Origin: Mobula hypostoma
Taxonomy: Eukaryota
Assembly (NCBI RefSeq): GCF_963921235.1
Contig: NC_086097.1
Span: forward strand, 219,482,001 to 219,546,000
DNA: 64,000 nucleotides
Reading direction: 5' to 3'
Below are positions 26,256-39,320 of the stretch, one piece after another. Each line of letters opens with the position of its first letter. Positions within the stretch are counted from its first letter, which is position 1. Position numbers and translations under genes: made by a program. The notes under the pieces were generated by a model, which saw only the letters and a list, made by a program, of their open reading frames with translations, had not been told where the DNA came from and searched no databases.

Positions 26256-28347
26256 TAGGTTGAGTACTCATTTTCTGAAATGCCTGGGGCTGAAAATTCT
26301 TCAGATTACGCATTTCTTCGGAAACTGCAATATATAATGAGATGGCTTAGGATCGCCATTGTTTCCGATGGTGAGTTTCTGCGCTACCGGTACGCAGTCT
26401 TTGTCTTACAGTTGTTCATGACACATAGACAAGGTAGACAAAGGAGAGTCCATGGATGCTATTTATTTGAACTTTCCGAAGCCTTTGAGAAGGTGCGAAA
26501 TCTACTAGCATGGATAGAAGACTGGCTGACTGGCAGGAGACAAAGAATGGGAAAAAAAAGGGAGCTTTTTCTGGTTGGCTGCCTTTGACTAGTGGTGTTC
26601 CGCAGGGATCAGTGTCGGGACCACTTCTTCTTACGTTGTATATCAATGATTTGGATGACAGGATCGAAGGCTTTATGGCCAGGTTTGTTAATGATACCAA
26701 GAGAAGTGAAGGGGCAAATAGTGTTGAGGAAGCAGGGAGTCTGCAGAAGGTCTTCGACAGATTGGGGGAATAGGCAAGGAAGTGGTAGATGGAATATAGT
26801 GTAAGGAAGTCATGCACTTTTGTAGAAGGAATGAAGGTGTAGACTGTAAACGGGGAGAAAATTCAAAAATCAGAAGTGTAAAGGGACTTCAGAGTCCTCC
26901 TGCGGGATTCCTCAAAGGTTAACTTGCAAGTGGTTAACTTCCACTTGCAGTGGAAGGAAGGCAAATGTATTGTTAGCATTCATTTTGAGCGGACTAGAAT
27001 ATGAGAGCAAGGATGTATTACTGAGACTTTATAAGACATTGGTCAGACTACACTTGGAGAATTGTGAGCAGCTATCTAAGAAAAGTTGTGATGGCATCGG
27101 AGAGGGGCCAGAGGTGGTTCATGAGAACGATTTCAGGAATGGAAGGGTTAACGTATGAGGAGCATTTCATGGTTCTGAGCTTATACTCACAGGAGCTTAG
27201 AAAGGGGAGGGGTAGAATCTCATTGAAACCTATCAAATATTGAAAGGTTTGGATAGAGTGGACAGTAGAGAGGATGTTTCCTATAGTAGGTGAGATTAGG
27301 ACCAGAGGACACAGCTTCAGACAAGAGGGACATCCATTTAGAACAGAGATAAAGAGGAATGTCTTCAGCCAGAGAGTAGTGAATCTGTGGATTTCATTGG
27401 CACAGGCAGCTGTGGAGGCCAAGTCATGGAAGTCATTAAAGTGGAGGTTGAGAGTTTCTTGATTAGTCAGAGCACCAAGTATTACAGTTAGAAGGCAGGA
27501 AAATGGGTTTGAGAGGAATAATTAATCAGCCATGATAGAAAGGTGGAGCAGACTAAATAGGCTGAATAGCCTAATTCTGCTCCTATGTCTAATGGTCTTA
27601 CAGTCTTATATGTACTGAACAGTAAAAAGTAGTACATGTTATTAATATAATGAAAATATACTATGTTCAGAGTAACAAAACCAGCATCGTGAGAATAGCT
27701 GAATCATCTGTTGAACAGCAATAAACAGTGGCAGGCATTCAGTCTCCATCAATGATGCTGCATTTTGATTAAAAGTTACAGTTCACTGTATTTGTATTTT
27801 ACTTTTTTTAGGTTTGATGTAAGGTATAAAAACAATCAGCATTGTAGACTTGTTCTGGTGTTAGATTTTCATCAGCAATTATCTTGCCAAACTCATCAAT
27901 GAATTTCTCTACTGCTTCGTGATCGGCAGATGCTCTAAAAATTTAATGCCCCATCTTTTCTTACGTTTCCGCAACCAACCTGCTGAATATTCATAATTAC
28001 CTACAATTTTCAGTTCGTCATGATAGATCTTTGCTTGCTTCATGGTCAGCATAGTGCTAAGTAGCACATGTTCCACTGCAACACTGACGAATCAACTCAA
28101 TACACAATCGAGATTTTCATCTTTTACTTTATTCAGTGTTTTTCCATTTTTCATTAACATCTGTTCATTACATAAGTGAGGACACTTCTCAGAAATCTCT
28201 GTGGTGCGTTGAAAACTGCGCATTGCCTGAGAACCTTCAGCATCTTGTGAAATTTTCCATTTGTGACGTCATGTCAGAGCTCAAACAAATTTCGGATTTT
28301 GTAGGTTTTTGAATTTTGGAATTTTAGGATAAGGGGTGCTCAAGCTT
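26256..28347 (-). mobile_element. Tigger/pogo-like (Tc1/mariner) DNA transposon, internally deleted, split by a CR1
   Basis: Inverted ends TAGGTTGAGTACTCATTTTCTGAAAT and ATTTTAGGATAAGGGGTGCTCAAGCTT, with TA on the left. Minus-strand transposase remnant KQAKIYHDELKIVGNYEYSAGWLRKRKKRWGIKF (CENP-B-type HTH) at ~27940-28050. Confidence 0.8.
26428..27602 (+). mobile_element. CR1 LINE RT to 3' end, nested in the Tigger-like element
   Basis: WLPLTSGVPQGSVSGPLLLTLYINDLD and TRGHSFRQEGHPFRTE, with a CR1 tail. Confidence 0.9.
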
Positions 28348-29639
28348 TCCTCGTAACTATCTTAGTTCTAGTTCTGAGGAGTACAATCTCTGCTCCTCAT
28401 GTCGTTCTAGATAGCAGAAACTCTTCTTCCCAGATTTCAACAATTTGGTGAGAACAAATAAAGGAAGATATTCACTTGCATATTCAGACTGCAGCGTTGT
28501 GTATGAGAGCACATAGTTGTACACCAAAGAAAAAATACTTCTGCCAAGTGGCCCACACCATTTATTTCATCCAGAGTAGCTCAAAGCAATAAGCCTGGTT
28601 TATATCACTGTAATCCCAATATTGCCATGGATTCTGAAAGGGAGAGTCTAACATTTGAAATGTTCATTGGACAGTATGAGTCAGAGCTCCTTCAATTCAA
28701 AAAGTCATTCCAGACCTTCTGAACGATACATTTCACAAAAGCACCCCACCTCTGCCCCCAAACTCTTGCACAATCGAGCCTCAGGATAATCAAACTCCTA
28801 AGGGTCGGTAGACTAAATGGTTTCTCTGTCGGAAATTGGAATCTCTATCTTGAGACCGAGTCTGGCTGGCAGCAGGCTTTTGGCAAATGTACACTGCGCC
28901 TGATGTTGCCATGCTGGCATCTGTGCTGTCTTTGTGCGTGCTGCTGAGTGTTTGCAGTCAGAGGAGCAGCTGCTCGTGTGTGGACTAGTGTTAATGAAAC
29001 CGCTCAGATTGATTTCCAGCTCTCTACCAAGAGACTCTTGTGCTATTTTCCCTTGAGGTACAGATGTAAATGTGTCCATAGGCAAAGATACTGAAGGAAG
29101 TCAACACAGACAAAGCCCTGTTTATACATGAGGCCACAAACTTAATTTTCTGAACAGCAATTCCCAGCCAAAAATAAACCAGACTCTGGTGGTAAGTTTC
29201 ACAAAAACTTGATCCTGGATTTGGCTGAAGTGAAATAAATTCATATTCCAATAAATCTATGATTCTAATATTATGTCTGTCTATGCATTTAAGACTGTGT
29301 GTGTGTTTATCAATGTAATGTGTGTTGCCCAATCTCCATGCGTGTGATCCGAGAAGGAGCTGTTCTTGTGGGAGGGACAAATATATTTAATTTCTTTGAT
29401 GGAGAATTTAATTTCAACATCCTTGGATGCAAACCTTGGTTGACAAGGGAGAAGGGAGAACAAGGATTCAGATGTATTTACATATTGCCACTTTCTAATT
29501 GCATGGGAGATATTACTGGCACATTGGCACAAGGCTGGGAGTAGATTACTTGCCTGGTCTGACTGTTAGGCCTTTGGTTCAATACTCTAAAACAGGGAAG
29601 GTGGGAAAACAAGTCAAAATTTGAACAATAGTGAGGGAG

Positions 29640-30760
29640 ATTTGTTTATATTTATAAATCACTCCAGGAGTCCATCAATGCTGGAGGAAAGAAGACCTCG
29701 TTCTTTGAAAATGAAGGACATCTGTGATATCCTGGGAAGGAAATCCAGAGATGGAGACAGAGAAATTGAGAAAGGGGAGAGAGCTATCAGAAATGGACCA
29801 AGTGAATTTAAGGGCAGGGTGGAAGCTGGGGGTATTGATGAAATTGATGAGCTCAACATGGGTGCATGAAGCAGCACCAATCGTCAATGTAGCATAGTAA
29901 GAGTTGGGAAGTATTACAACGGAAAACTTGGAACATGGACTGTGCAGCCATTGAAAAGCAAACATATCTAGGGCCTATGTGAGTGTCCATGGCTGCTCCT
30001 GGATTTTGGAGAAAGTGGGAGGAGCCAAAGGAGAAACTTTTCAGGGTGAGGTTCAGTTCTTACAGATGGAAGAGGTTGGTCATGGAGGGGAAATGTTGGG
30101 GCTTTTGTTGAGAAAGAGCTTTAAGGCCTCTTGATGGGAACAGAAGTGTCTAGGAACTGGATATCTATGGTGAAAATAAGACAGTAGGGCCAGGGGTATT
30201 GAATGTTACTGAGACCAGGAGTATGTATAGTGTTGCAAATTTACAGCAGGTGGAAAGGGACTGAACCAAGGGGGACAGAATGAAATCAAGGTTTACAGAA
30301 ACAAGTTTAATGGGGCAGGAGCAGGCTGAGACAACAGGTTTGTGGATCTTGGGTAGGAGGTAGAAAAGAGCAGTGTGGGATAAGGGTGGCAGTGGATGAG
30401 TGTTCTCCAGAGTTGGTGAGGTTAGTGATGGTGCAGGAGAAGGTGGCCTGATTGTCCAGCATGGGGTTCTTTTCAAAGGCTAAGTAGGAGGAGGTGACTG
30501 AGTGCTGCCACCTGGCCTCAGCAAGGCAGAGGTCAGTTTCCACACTACTTTGTCTGTGTGATTAATCGTAAGGTTGGGATTGGTGTGCAGAGAGTGGAGG
30601 GCAGTGAGTTGAGTGGGTGTAGGTTCGAGGAGGAGAGGATAATGCTGAAGTCAAGCCAGTTGATGTCTTGTCATCATTTCGAGATTGAAAGAACCAGAGC
30701 AGGTAGAGAACTAAACTGGGGTATCCAAGAAGAGGAAGAGAGTTGAAGACAGGAGGAGAG
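29640..30760 (-). mobile_element. Penelope-like element RT region, older
   Basis: FYLLPKIHKP...VSACSCP and IGAASCTHVELINFINTPSFHPALKFTWSISD, homologous to ORF 52519-53262. Confidence 0.85.
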
Positions 30761-30796
30761 TTGAAGACGGGATAAGAGATCAATATTGGCAGATAC

Positions 30797-30957
30797 AATA
30801 GGATCTTTTAAGAGGCTCCTCGATAGGTACGTTGAGCTTTGAAAAATAGAGGGCTGTGGATAACCCTAGGTAATTTCTAAAGTAAGTACATGTTCGGCAC
30901 AGCATTGTGGGCCAAAGGGCCGAATTATGCTGTAGGTTTTCTATGTGTCTATTTCTA
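30797..30957 (+). mobile_element. Short CR1 3' end
   Basis: CR1-type 3' UTR (TTCGGCACAGCATTGTGGGCCAAAGGGCC) and TTTCTATG-like tail. Confidence 0.65.
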
Positions 30958-31569
30958 GGTCATCGGTGCGGGGTGGAGAATAACATTAGAATGACCAGAT
31001 ATTCAGCTTCAAGGGATTCTGATGGAGATACTTAAAACAAATATTTTTCGACTTCAGATAGTTAATGTGTCAAGTCAAGCAAGAAGACTGGCAATTTCAA
31101 TTTAGAGGATTGACAATACCTAGACTATAGGGTCATAGAATCATAGAGTAATACAACACAGTCCAATTCATGCATGCCAACCAAAGTGTATGCCTGAGCT
31201 AGTCCTTCTCGCCTGTACTTGGCCTATATCCCACCGAACATTTCCTATCCATGTACCTGTCCAAGTGTCTTTTAAGTACCCATCACAAGAATCAGAGAGT
31301 CAGTAAGTGCAGTTTTTCTTACTGTGTAAACTTGCTCCCAACATGTTCTTAAGAGAAAATGACATGCACTCAAATGCCACTTAGCAATTTCTTCAGGGCA
31401 TAAAGATTATGTAACCTTGGCTTGAATTTAACAGGATCTTCATAATACTGAAATGATGCTGCATCAACATTCTGAGGTTTCACTGTGTTCCCTAGGCAAA
31501 GCACATTCTGTAATTTCCTGTGATTGAGCCTATTACTTAAGAACCACAAAAGAATTATGTTTTCTTATT

Positions 31570-31795
31570 TTATTCAGAGATCCAGCAAGGTAACAGCCCC
31601 TTCTGGCCTAATGAGCTCACGACACCCATTTACGCCCATGCAACCAATTAGCCGACGAGTCCACATGCGTTTTGAATGTGAAGGGGAACTGAAGCAGCTA
31701 GAGGAAACCCATGTGGTCACAGGGAGAAAGTAGAAACTCATTACAGACTGTGGTGGAACTGAACTTGTGTCGCTGCACCATGTGACTGTGCTACC
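31570..31795 (-). mobile_element. V-SINE-like (HE1-type) tRNA-derived SINE, decayed
   Basis: GAGGAAACCCATGTGGTCACAGGGAGAAAGTAGAAACTC resembles the reverse complement of the V-domain. A CR1-like tail lies at the left. Confidence 0.6.
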
Positions 31796-31809
31796 TCCCC
31801 CAAGTAGAT

Positions 31810-33525
31810 ATAAGACCATAAGATATAGGAACAAAATGAAGCCTTTTGGCCCATTGGGTCTGCTCCACCATTTCATCATGGCTGATCCAATTCTCATCTC
31901 AGCTCTAATCTCCTGCCTTCATGCCCTGACTAATCAACCTGCAAATTAACCTCTAAGAAATCCTGCACAAGGACTCCCAGGTCCCTTTGCATCTTTCTTC
32001 TACCAAAGTGCATGACCATACACTTTCTGACACTGCATTCCATCTGCCACTTCCTTGCCCGTTCTCCCAATATGTTTATGTCCTTCTGTAGCCTCTCTAC
32101 TTCCTCGAAACTACCTGCTCCTCCACCCATCTTTGTATCATCTGCAACCTTGCCTCAAAGCTATCAATTCTGTCACCCATGTCATTGACATATAATGTAA
32201 AAAGAAGCAGTCCCAACACAGATCTTTGTGGAACACCACTAGTCACTGGCAGACAATAAGAAAGGGCTACATTTATTCCCATGCTTTGCTTCCTGCTAAT
32301 TAGCCAATGCTCCATCCACCTAGAAACTTCCCTGTATTACAACGGGTTCTTAATTTTTTAAGCAGATGCATGTGTGGCACCTTGTTAAAGGCCTTCTGAA
32401 AATCCAAGTACACAATATCCACCAATTTTCCTTGTCTATCCTACTTGTTGTTTTTCCAAAGAATTCCAACAGATTTATCAGGCAAGATTTTCCCTTGAAG
32501 AAACCATGCTAACTACGGCTTATTTTCTCATGTGCCCCGAAACCACATTCTTAGCAATCGACACCAACATCTTCCCAACCACTAAGGTCAGACTAATTGG
32601 CCTATAATTTCCTTTCTTCTGCCTCTCTGTCTCTTTGAAGAGAGAAGTGACATTTGTAATTTTCCACTATTCTGGAATCATTCCAGACTCAATTGATTCT
32701 TGAAAGGTTATTACTAATGCCTCCACAATCTCTTCAGCCACCTCTTTCAGAATCCTAGGATGTATACCATCTGGTCCAGATGACTTAGCCTTTCAGTTGG
32801 AAGCGTATGGTCATGGATCATGGTAAAACTATGGACTATGGTCATAGACTAGACCTTTCAGTTTCCTAAGAACTTCCTCTCTGGTAATGACAACTTCACA
32901 CACTTTTAACTCCTGACACTCTTGAAATTCTGGCATGTTGCTAGTGTCTTCCACAGTGAAGACTGATGCAAAGTACTTATTCAGTTTATCCACCACTTCC
33001 TCGACCCCCATTACTACCTCTTCAGTATCATTTTCCAGCAGTCTGATATCAAGTCTTGCCTCTCCTTTACACTTTATGTATCTGAAGAAACTTTTGGTAT
33101 CCTCTTGAATATTATTGGCTACTTTCCCTGCATATTCCATCTTTTCCTTCTTTATGTTTTTGTTAGTTCCCTTCTGGTGATTTTTAAAAGCATCACTATA
33201 CTCTACCTTCCCACTAATTTTTGCCATATTAAATGCCCTCTCTTTTGCCTTTAGTCTTTGACTTCCCTTGTCAGCGACAGTTGCCTCATCTTCTCTTTAG
33301 AATACTACTTCTCCTTTGGAATGTATCTATCCTGCACCTTCCAAACTGCTCCCAGAAATTCCAGCCATTGTTGTTCTGCTGACATCCCTGTTAGTGTTCC
33401 CTTTGAGTTGACTCTAGCCAGCTCCTCTTTCAAGGCTCTATAATTCCTTTCCCTCCACTGTAATGCTGGTATATCTGATTCCAGCTTTTCCCTCTCAAAC
33501 TGCAGGTTGAAGTCAATCATATTAA
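31810..33525 (-). mobile_element. CR1 LINE ORF2, internally deleted
   Basis: LPVTSGVPQRSVLGLLLFTLYVND, TKSFFRYIK and LNKYFASVFTVED. Confidence 0.9.
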
Positions 33526-33529
33526 CTTC

Positions 33530-33815
33530 CCCCAGCTACAATGTAGTTTCGGCACCAGTCACATCTTCCCTCCTGTCCCCTGCTGTTTTCTGCAGGGACC
33601 TCTCCCTCTTTGACTTCTCCATGTTCTGGCACTTTTTCCTGCAACTGTAAGAGGTCTCTACAGCCCTTCCTTCATTGCTACACAAGGGCCGAAAAGACCC
33701 TCAATGTCAGGCACCTACACTAATCGTATTTGTTGCTTTAAGTGCTCTTGCTGTGGCCTCCTTTATATCGATGAGACAAAGTGCAGGATAACTGTCGACT
33801 TTACTGAGCACCTCA
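33530..33815 (+). mobile_element. Old Penelope endonuclease fragment
   Basis: TGCTGTGGCCTCCTTTATATCGATGAGACAAAG encodes CCGLLYIDETK. Confidence 0.6.
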
Positions 33816-33859
33816 AAGGTTCAAAGGTTTATTGATTATGTATTCAATAATACACTTCT

Positions 33860-34235
33860 GAGTGCAACATGACCAATGCCTTATAAACCCTCAGCATTAC
33901 ATCTTTGCTTTTATTTTCTAGTACTCTAATGAATGCTAACATTGCATTTGCCTTCCTTACCACTGGTTTAACCTACAAGTTAACCTTTAGGGAATCCTGC
34001 ACAAGGTCACCATGTCCCAGATTTCTTAATTTGCTTCCCTTTTAGAAAATAGTCAACAACTTTATTCCTTCTACCATAGTCAATGACCAAACACTTCCAA
34101 CTGCTAGTTCTTTGCCCTTTCTCCTATACTACCTTTCTACAGACTCCCTGCCTCTCCAACACTACCTGGCCTGCTCCCCAACCTGTTTTTGTATCATTTG
34201 CAAACTTGGCCACAAAGTTGCATCATCCAGATCAT
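33860..34235 (-). mobile_element. CR1 LINE fragment
   Basis: Nucleotide match to the KANAMLAF and AKFANDT regions of the other CR1 copies. Confidence 0.75.
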
Positions 34236-34879
34236 GGCAAGTTAATGTTCTTTGCATGTAATCTTTCATCGGAACTTTTGGATCTATGCTAAATTTTCTT
34301 GTACAAACTGTTCATGTTTGAACAGATTTCCCTATTAATCCTCCTGCTTCAAACGTTGAAGTTTAAAGATTGTGAAACGAATTGAGTTTTGCCAATGCTG
34401 AATATTTATATTGTATATTTATGTCATAAAGAGCAGTAAAAATTACACTAGGTTTGACAAATCTAGATGTATTAATTCACGTTAAAATGAGCTGATTCCA
34501 GTATGTGTCAGAAGTGTGATCTGGAAAGGAAGGTGTCAATGTCATTAGGTCAGTGCTAACATGTTCACTGATAAGCATTCTTTGTTACTGGAAAGGGTTG
34601 GCCGAGATTTAATGTTCAAAGTTCAAAGTACATTTATTATCGAAGTACTGTATACAACCTTGAGATTTGTTTCCTTACAAGCAGCAACAAAACAAAGGAA
34701 CCCAAAAGAACCCATATCAAAAAAGATTGTCAAACACCCAATATGCAGAGAGAACATAAAAACAAATTGTACAAACAATAAAAGTAGGAAAATAGCATTC
34801 AGGACAAACGTTATCAATAGACACAGAGCCTGGAGCAGCTCCTTGGTTACACTTATAACCAAGGTTTTGTACCCAATGA

Positions 34880-37155
34880 AACCATAAGACCATAAAATAT
34901 TGGAGAAGAATTAGGACATTTGGCCCATTAAGACTGCTCCACTATTTTATCATCGCTGATCCAATTTTCCTCTCAGCCCCTATCTCCTGCTTTCTCCCTA
35001 TATCCATTCATACCCTGAACTATTAAGAATCTACCAACCTCTGCGTTAAATATATGTAAGGACTTGGTCTCCACAGTTGCCTGTGGCAATGAATTCCACA
35101 GATTTACCACTCTCTGGATAAAGAAATTCTTCCTCATCTCTGTTCTAAAACAACACCCCTCTATTCTGAGGCTGTATCGTCTGGTCTTAGACTCCCCTAC
35201 CTCGGGAGGAGAAGAAGGCAGTGCGCGCGGCCTCTCCGGTGAATGAATGATATCTGTTATCTGTCAAGTAGGGAACTGTGCACAATTCTGATTTGATGGA
35301 GATGGACGTGAGAGGAACATCTGGAAAACTTCTGAAATACCTGCTTCGCTGCTGCTGCTACTGTGCGGTAACTGGAATCTCCGGAGCAGAAGGCCCCGAA
35401 ATCCTCGGCTTCGTGTGTTTCCGCGGCCAGGGCGAAGTCAAAGGCGCTAGGCAGAGGATGGCGCTCGGGAGGCTGTATCGGAGCAGCTGGTCGAAGGCTC
35501 GAAATTTTTGGACAGATGGACTCAGTGTCAGCTATGTTCGGTTGCTTCCAAGGCATCGGCAAGTTGACAGTGCCTGGAGGTTTATGACAGGGAGTTTCTC
35601 CTTTTTGCCACCTGCTGTCAGGGACTCGGGGACTTTGAGACTATTTTTACCGTGCCCATGGTTTGTTCTTCATCATATTATGGTATTGTTTTGCACTGCT
35701 GTAACTATATGTTATAATTGTGTGGTTCTGTAGGTGTTAGTCTTTGGTTTGTCCTGTTTTCTGTGATATCAGTCCGGAGAAACATTGTATTATTTCTTAA
35801 TGCATGTATGCATTTCTAAATGACAATAAAAGAGGACTGAGTGTTCTCATAATCTAAAAAAATCCGCTCCATCCACTCTGTCAAGGTCTTTTCTTCAGGT
35901 TTCAATGAGGTTACCCTTAATTCTTCAGAATTCTAGTGAACGCAGCCCCAGAGCCATCATATGCTCTTCATATGACAGGCCATTCAATCCTGGAATTATT
36001 TTTGTGAATCTCCTTTGAAACCTCTTCAGTTTCAGCATATTCTTTCTAAGATAAGGGGCCTCTCTACTTCCTCAAAACTACCTGGCCCTCCAGCTACCTT
36101 TATATCATCTGCAAGCTTTGCAACAAAGCCATCAGTTCCATCATCCAAATCATTGACATATAACATAAAAAGAACCGGTCCCCAACACAGACCCCTGTGA
36201 CAGGCAGTCAGATAAGGTTCCCTTTATGCCTAGTCTTTGCATCATCCCAACCAGCCACTTTTTTATCCACGTAATACGATGGATTCGTAGCTTGTTATGC
36301 AACCTCCCCTTGTCAAAGGCCTGAACATCCCAGTACACAACATCAACCAATTCTCCTTTGTCTATCCTGCTTGTTAGTTTGTCAAAGAATTCCAACTGAT
36401 TTGTCAGGCAAAATTTTCCCTTGAGGAAACCATGCTAACTACACCCTGTTTTATCATGTGCCTCCAAGTACGCTGAGATCTCATCCTTAATAATCGACCC
36501 CAACATCTTCTCGACCCCAACATCTTCTCAACCCCTGAGGTAAGACTAACTGGCCAATAGTTTCCTTTCTTTGACCTCTCACCCATCTTGATTTGTGATT
36601 TTCTAGTCTTTCAGAACCATTCCAGAATCTAGTATTTCTTGAAAGATCATTACTAATGCCTCCATGATTTCTTCAGCCATCTCTTTCAAAACTCTGGTGT
36701 GTACACCATCTGGTCCAGGTGATTTATCTACCTTCAGACCTATCAGTTTCCCAAGAACTAGTTATGATAACTTCACACACTTCATGCCCCCTGACACCTG
36801 GATCTTCCACCACTCTGCTAGTGTCTAACACAATGAAGACAGATGCAAATACTTATTTATTTCATCTGCTATTTCATTGTCCCCCATAACTACCTATCCA
36901 GCATCATTTTCCTATGGTCTGATATCCACTCTCACCTCTCTTTTACAGATTATGTACCTGAAGAAACTCTTGACATCCTCTTTAATATTATTGGCTAGCT
37001 TACTTTTGTATTCCATCTTTACCTTCTTATTGAGTTTTTTTAGTTGCCTTCTGTTAGTTTTTAAAAGCTACCTAATCCTCTAGCTTCCCACAAATCTTTG
37101 CTCGATTATATGCCCTCTCTTTGGCTTTTATGTTGGATTTGTCTTCTCTGGTTAG
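34880..37155 (-). mobile_element. CR1 LINE ORF2 + 3' end, interrupted at ~35201-35860
   Basis: KKGNYWPVSLTSGV and EFFDKLTSRIDKGELVDVVYWD. The CR1 3' region resumes on both sides of the insert. Confidence 0.85.
35201..35860 (+). mobile_element. Unclassified CpG-rich retroposed insert (long LINE 3' UTR or SINE)
   Basis: Interrupts CR1 sequence, is CpG-rich, and ends AATAAA...ATAATCTAAAAAAA. No recognisable coding motif. Confidence 0.5.
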
Positions 37156-38769
37156 CATGGTTAGGCCTTGAGCATCAGTATATACACCTTCCCCATGTTG
37201 GCTACCACTGTGGAGCCACCAGTGGTACTCAGGGAGATGACAGGACATTGGGAACAGTAGGCATCTGCCAAATGAGGGACAGAGGTAGGGCTGGAGCTTC
37301 AATCAATAGAGAGGTGAAGAGGTCACCAAAGCTCAAGCTGGAGAATTCAACTGGGGTTGCTATGGAATAGTTGGGACTCTATGCATCAGATGCAATGTTG
37401 GGATGTGAGCGAGCTAAGAGCTAGTGATAGAGATCCTGAAGTTAACTTAGAACAAGAGTTCATTTTTTTTTCAAGAATGTATTTAATTCATTACATACAA
37501 AGCAATACATTTGGGGACATGTCATTGTTTTCATTCACTTTACTATGCAATTCAATAATTTCACTAATATTTCATTCACAACATTCCCTCAGTGAAATGT
37601 TTCAGAGATTGTTAGAAAGGACCCATTCCTTTCAATCAATTCAATTAATGTCCAATGACAGCAGGACCCAGGACTAAGGCCCTTCCCCACTGAGCCTTTA
37701 TGGTTATTGCACCTTGCATCAGTGAATTCTCAGCGTGTACTTCTGCACCTTGGAATGTACCAGATGGAGGCATTCAGTGGCAGACTGAAGTGTGTCTTTC
37801 AGAGAGTTGATGATCTTCGAGCAACAGTTAATATTTGTCTCAGTATGTGTCCTTGGAAACAGCCCATAGTGCACAAAGTTCCTGTGTCATGCAGCTGCTC
37901 TAATAGGACTTTGCTGAAGGCCACTACATTCCTTACTTGAAAAACACATAGTCCATAAGGAGGTAGATTAACTCAAAGAGATATTACCTATCTAGAGACA
38001 TTTCTGAGCACTGTACTCCCTGGCTCTCATTCTGTTCAGGCAAATCCCTTTTAATTCAAGGCTGCAGGAATAATAAATGCAAATTAATTATGAGAAGAGG
38101 CTGAGTTAATCAGACTAGAATTGATTTCAATTCTGTCCCTGCTCTCAACTTGATTGTTCTGTAAATTGGTAGAAGACTGTTGTTGAGGGATACGGGTAAG
38201 AGGTGAAATTTTCCCCTTGGCATTGAGCATTATTAGAACATTGCAAAGAGCTGGTGAATGATAAACTTCTTCCAGAACTTCAACAAATTCCTTCCAATGA
38301 AGTGAAATTTAGTGGATTTAATGAAATGCCTTCAATTCTAATTGCTGCCTTCACTCTGCTCAGGTGTTGATTGAAACCGAGGGAGAATTGAGCAAATTTT
38401 TTTTTACAAAGCCAAGGCAGGAGAGTTGTAAATTGTTTCACTTTTCCCAGAGAAAGAAAAAGAAAAATACTGAAGATTCATTTATCTGCTGTGGCCCAGA
38501 ATTCACTGAAATGTTTTAGCTTAACTATAAGTTAAGAAATGACGCACAATTTTTTCCAAGAAAGCTCACATTACCCACTAATATATATTTACATAGCTCT
38601 ATGTATGGCCAAGTATAACTTCAAGAGTTTGACAGTAATTTTCTCACCACCTTTCTCTAAGGTCTCTTACTAACATCTGCGGATTTAAGAGCTGGTGGTG
38701 TGAGTCTACCTCACATATCTCAAATATCTCCATTCACCATGGAAAACATGACCACAAGCCACACCTTGG

Positions 38770-39320
38770 AAAGTCCAGATAGTCAGGGACTCCATTCTAA
38801 ATGGCACATCCCAATTTTGCACTAGGACTGTAGAGAGCAGCTACCCAGAGCTTCCTCATCTACCCAGTTCTTCCTACCTCCTCAACTCCTACTCACCCTG
38901 ATTCTTTGGCCTTGTTCCCCTCCTCCTCCCATTCCATTTGCCCATTACCCACTCAATCCTTCTATTGGGTTCCCTGGTCTGACTTGCCTACCCCACATTT
39001 CTTAATTGTTCCATGTTCCTCATTCCTCTCCAATCAGATTCTATCATTTGTGGTTGTTTGTTCCCTCCATTTATCCCCTCCCAGCCTCTGTTGCCACCTT
39101 TCACTCATCCTCACCTGGATCCACGTATCGCATACCAACTTTTTCTCCATCCATTTCCCTGTCTGCTTTATACTGCCATCTCCCCTCTCTTTCAATGCAG
39201 ATGAAGGGTCTTGACCCGAAATATCTATTGTCCATTTCCCTTCAGATGCAACTATTCTGCTGAGTTCCTCTAGCATCTTCTTCATTGATCCTGATTCCTG
39301 TACCTGCAATATTTTGTGTC
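38770..39320 (+). mobile_element. Old Penelope 3' repeat remnant
   Basis: Pyrimidine-rich tract followed by GCAGATGAAGGGTCTTGACCCGAAATATC (degenerate hammerhead) and CTGCTGAGTTCCTCTAGCAT. Confidence 0.65.

Noticed and set aside
37480..37930. Possible L1/Tx1 3' fragment on the minus strand
   Set aside because: Impression only, with no diagnostic motif I can quote confidently.
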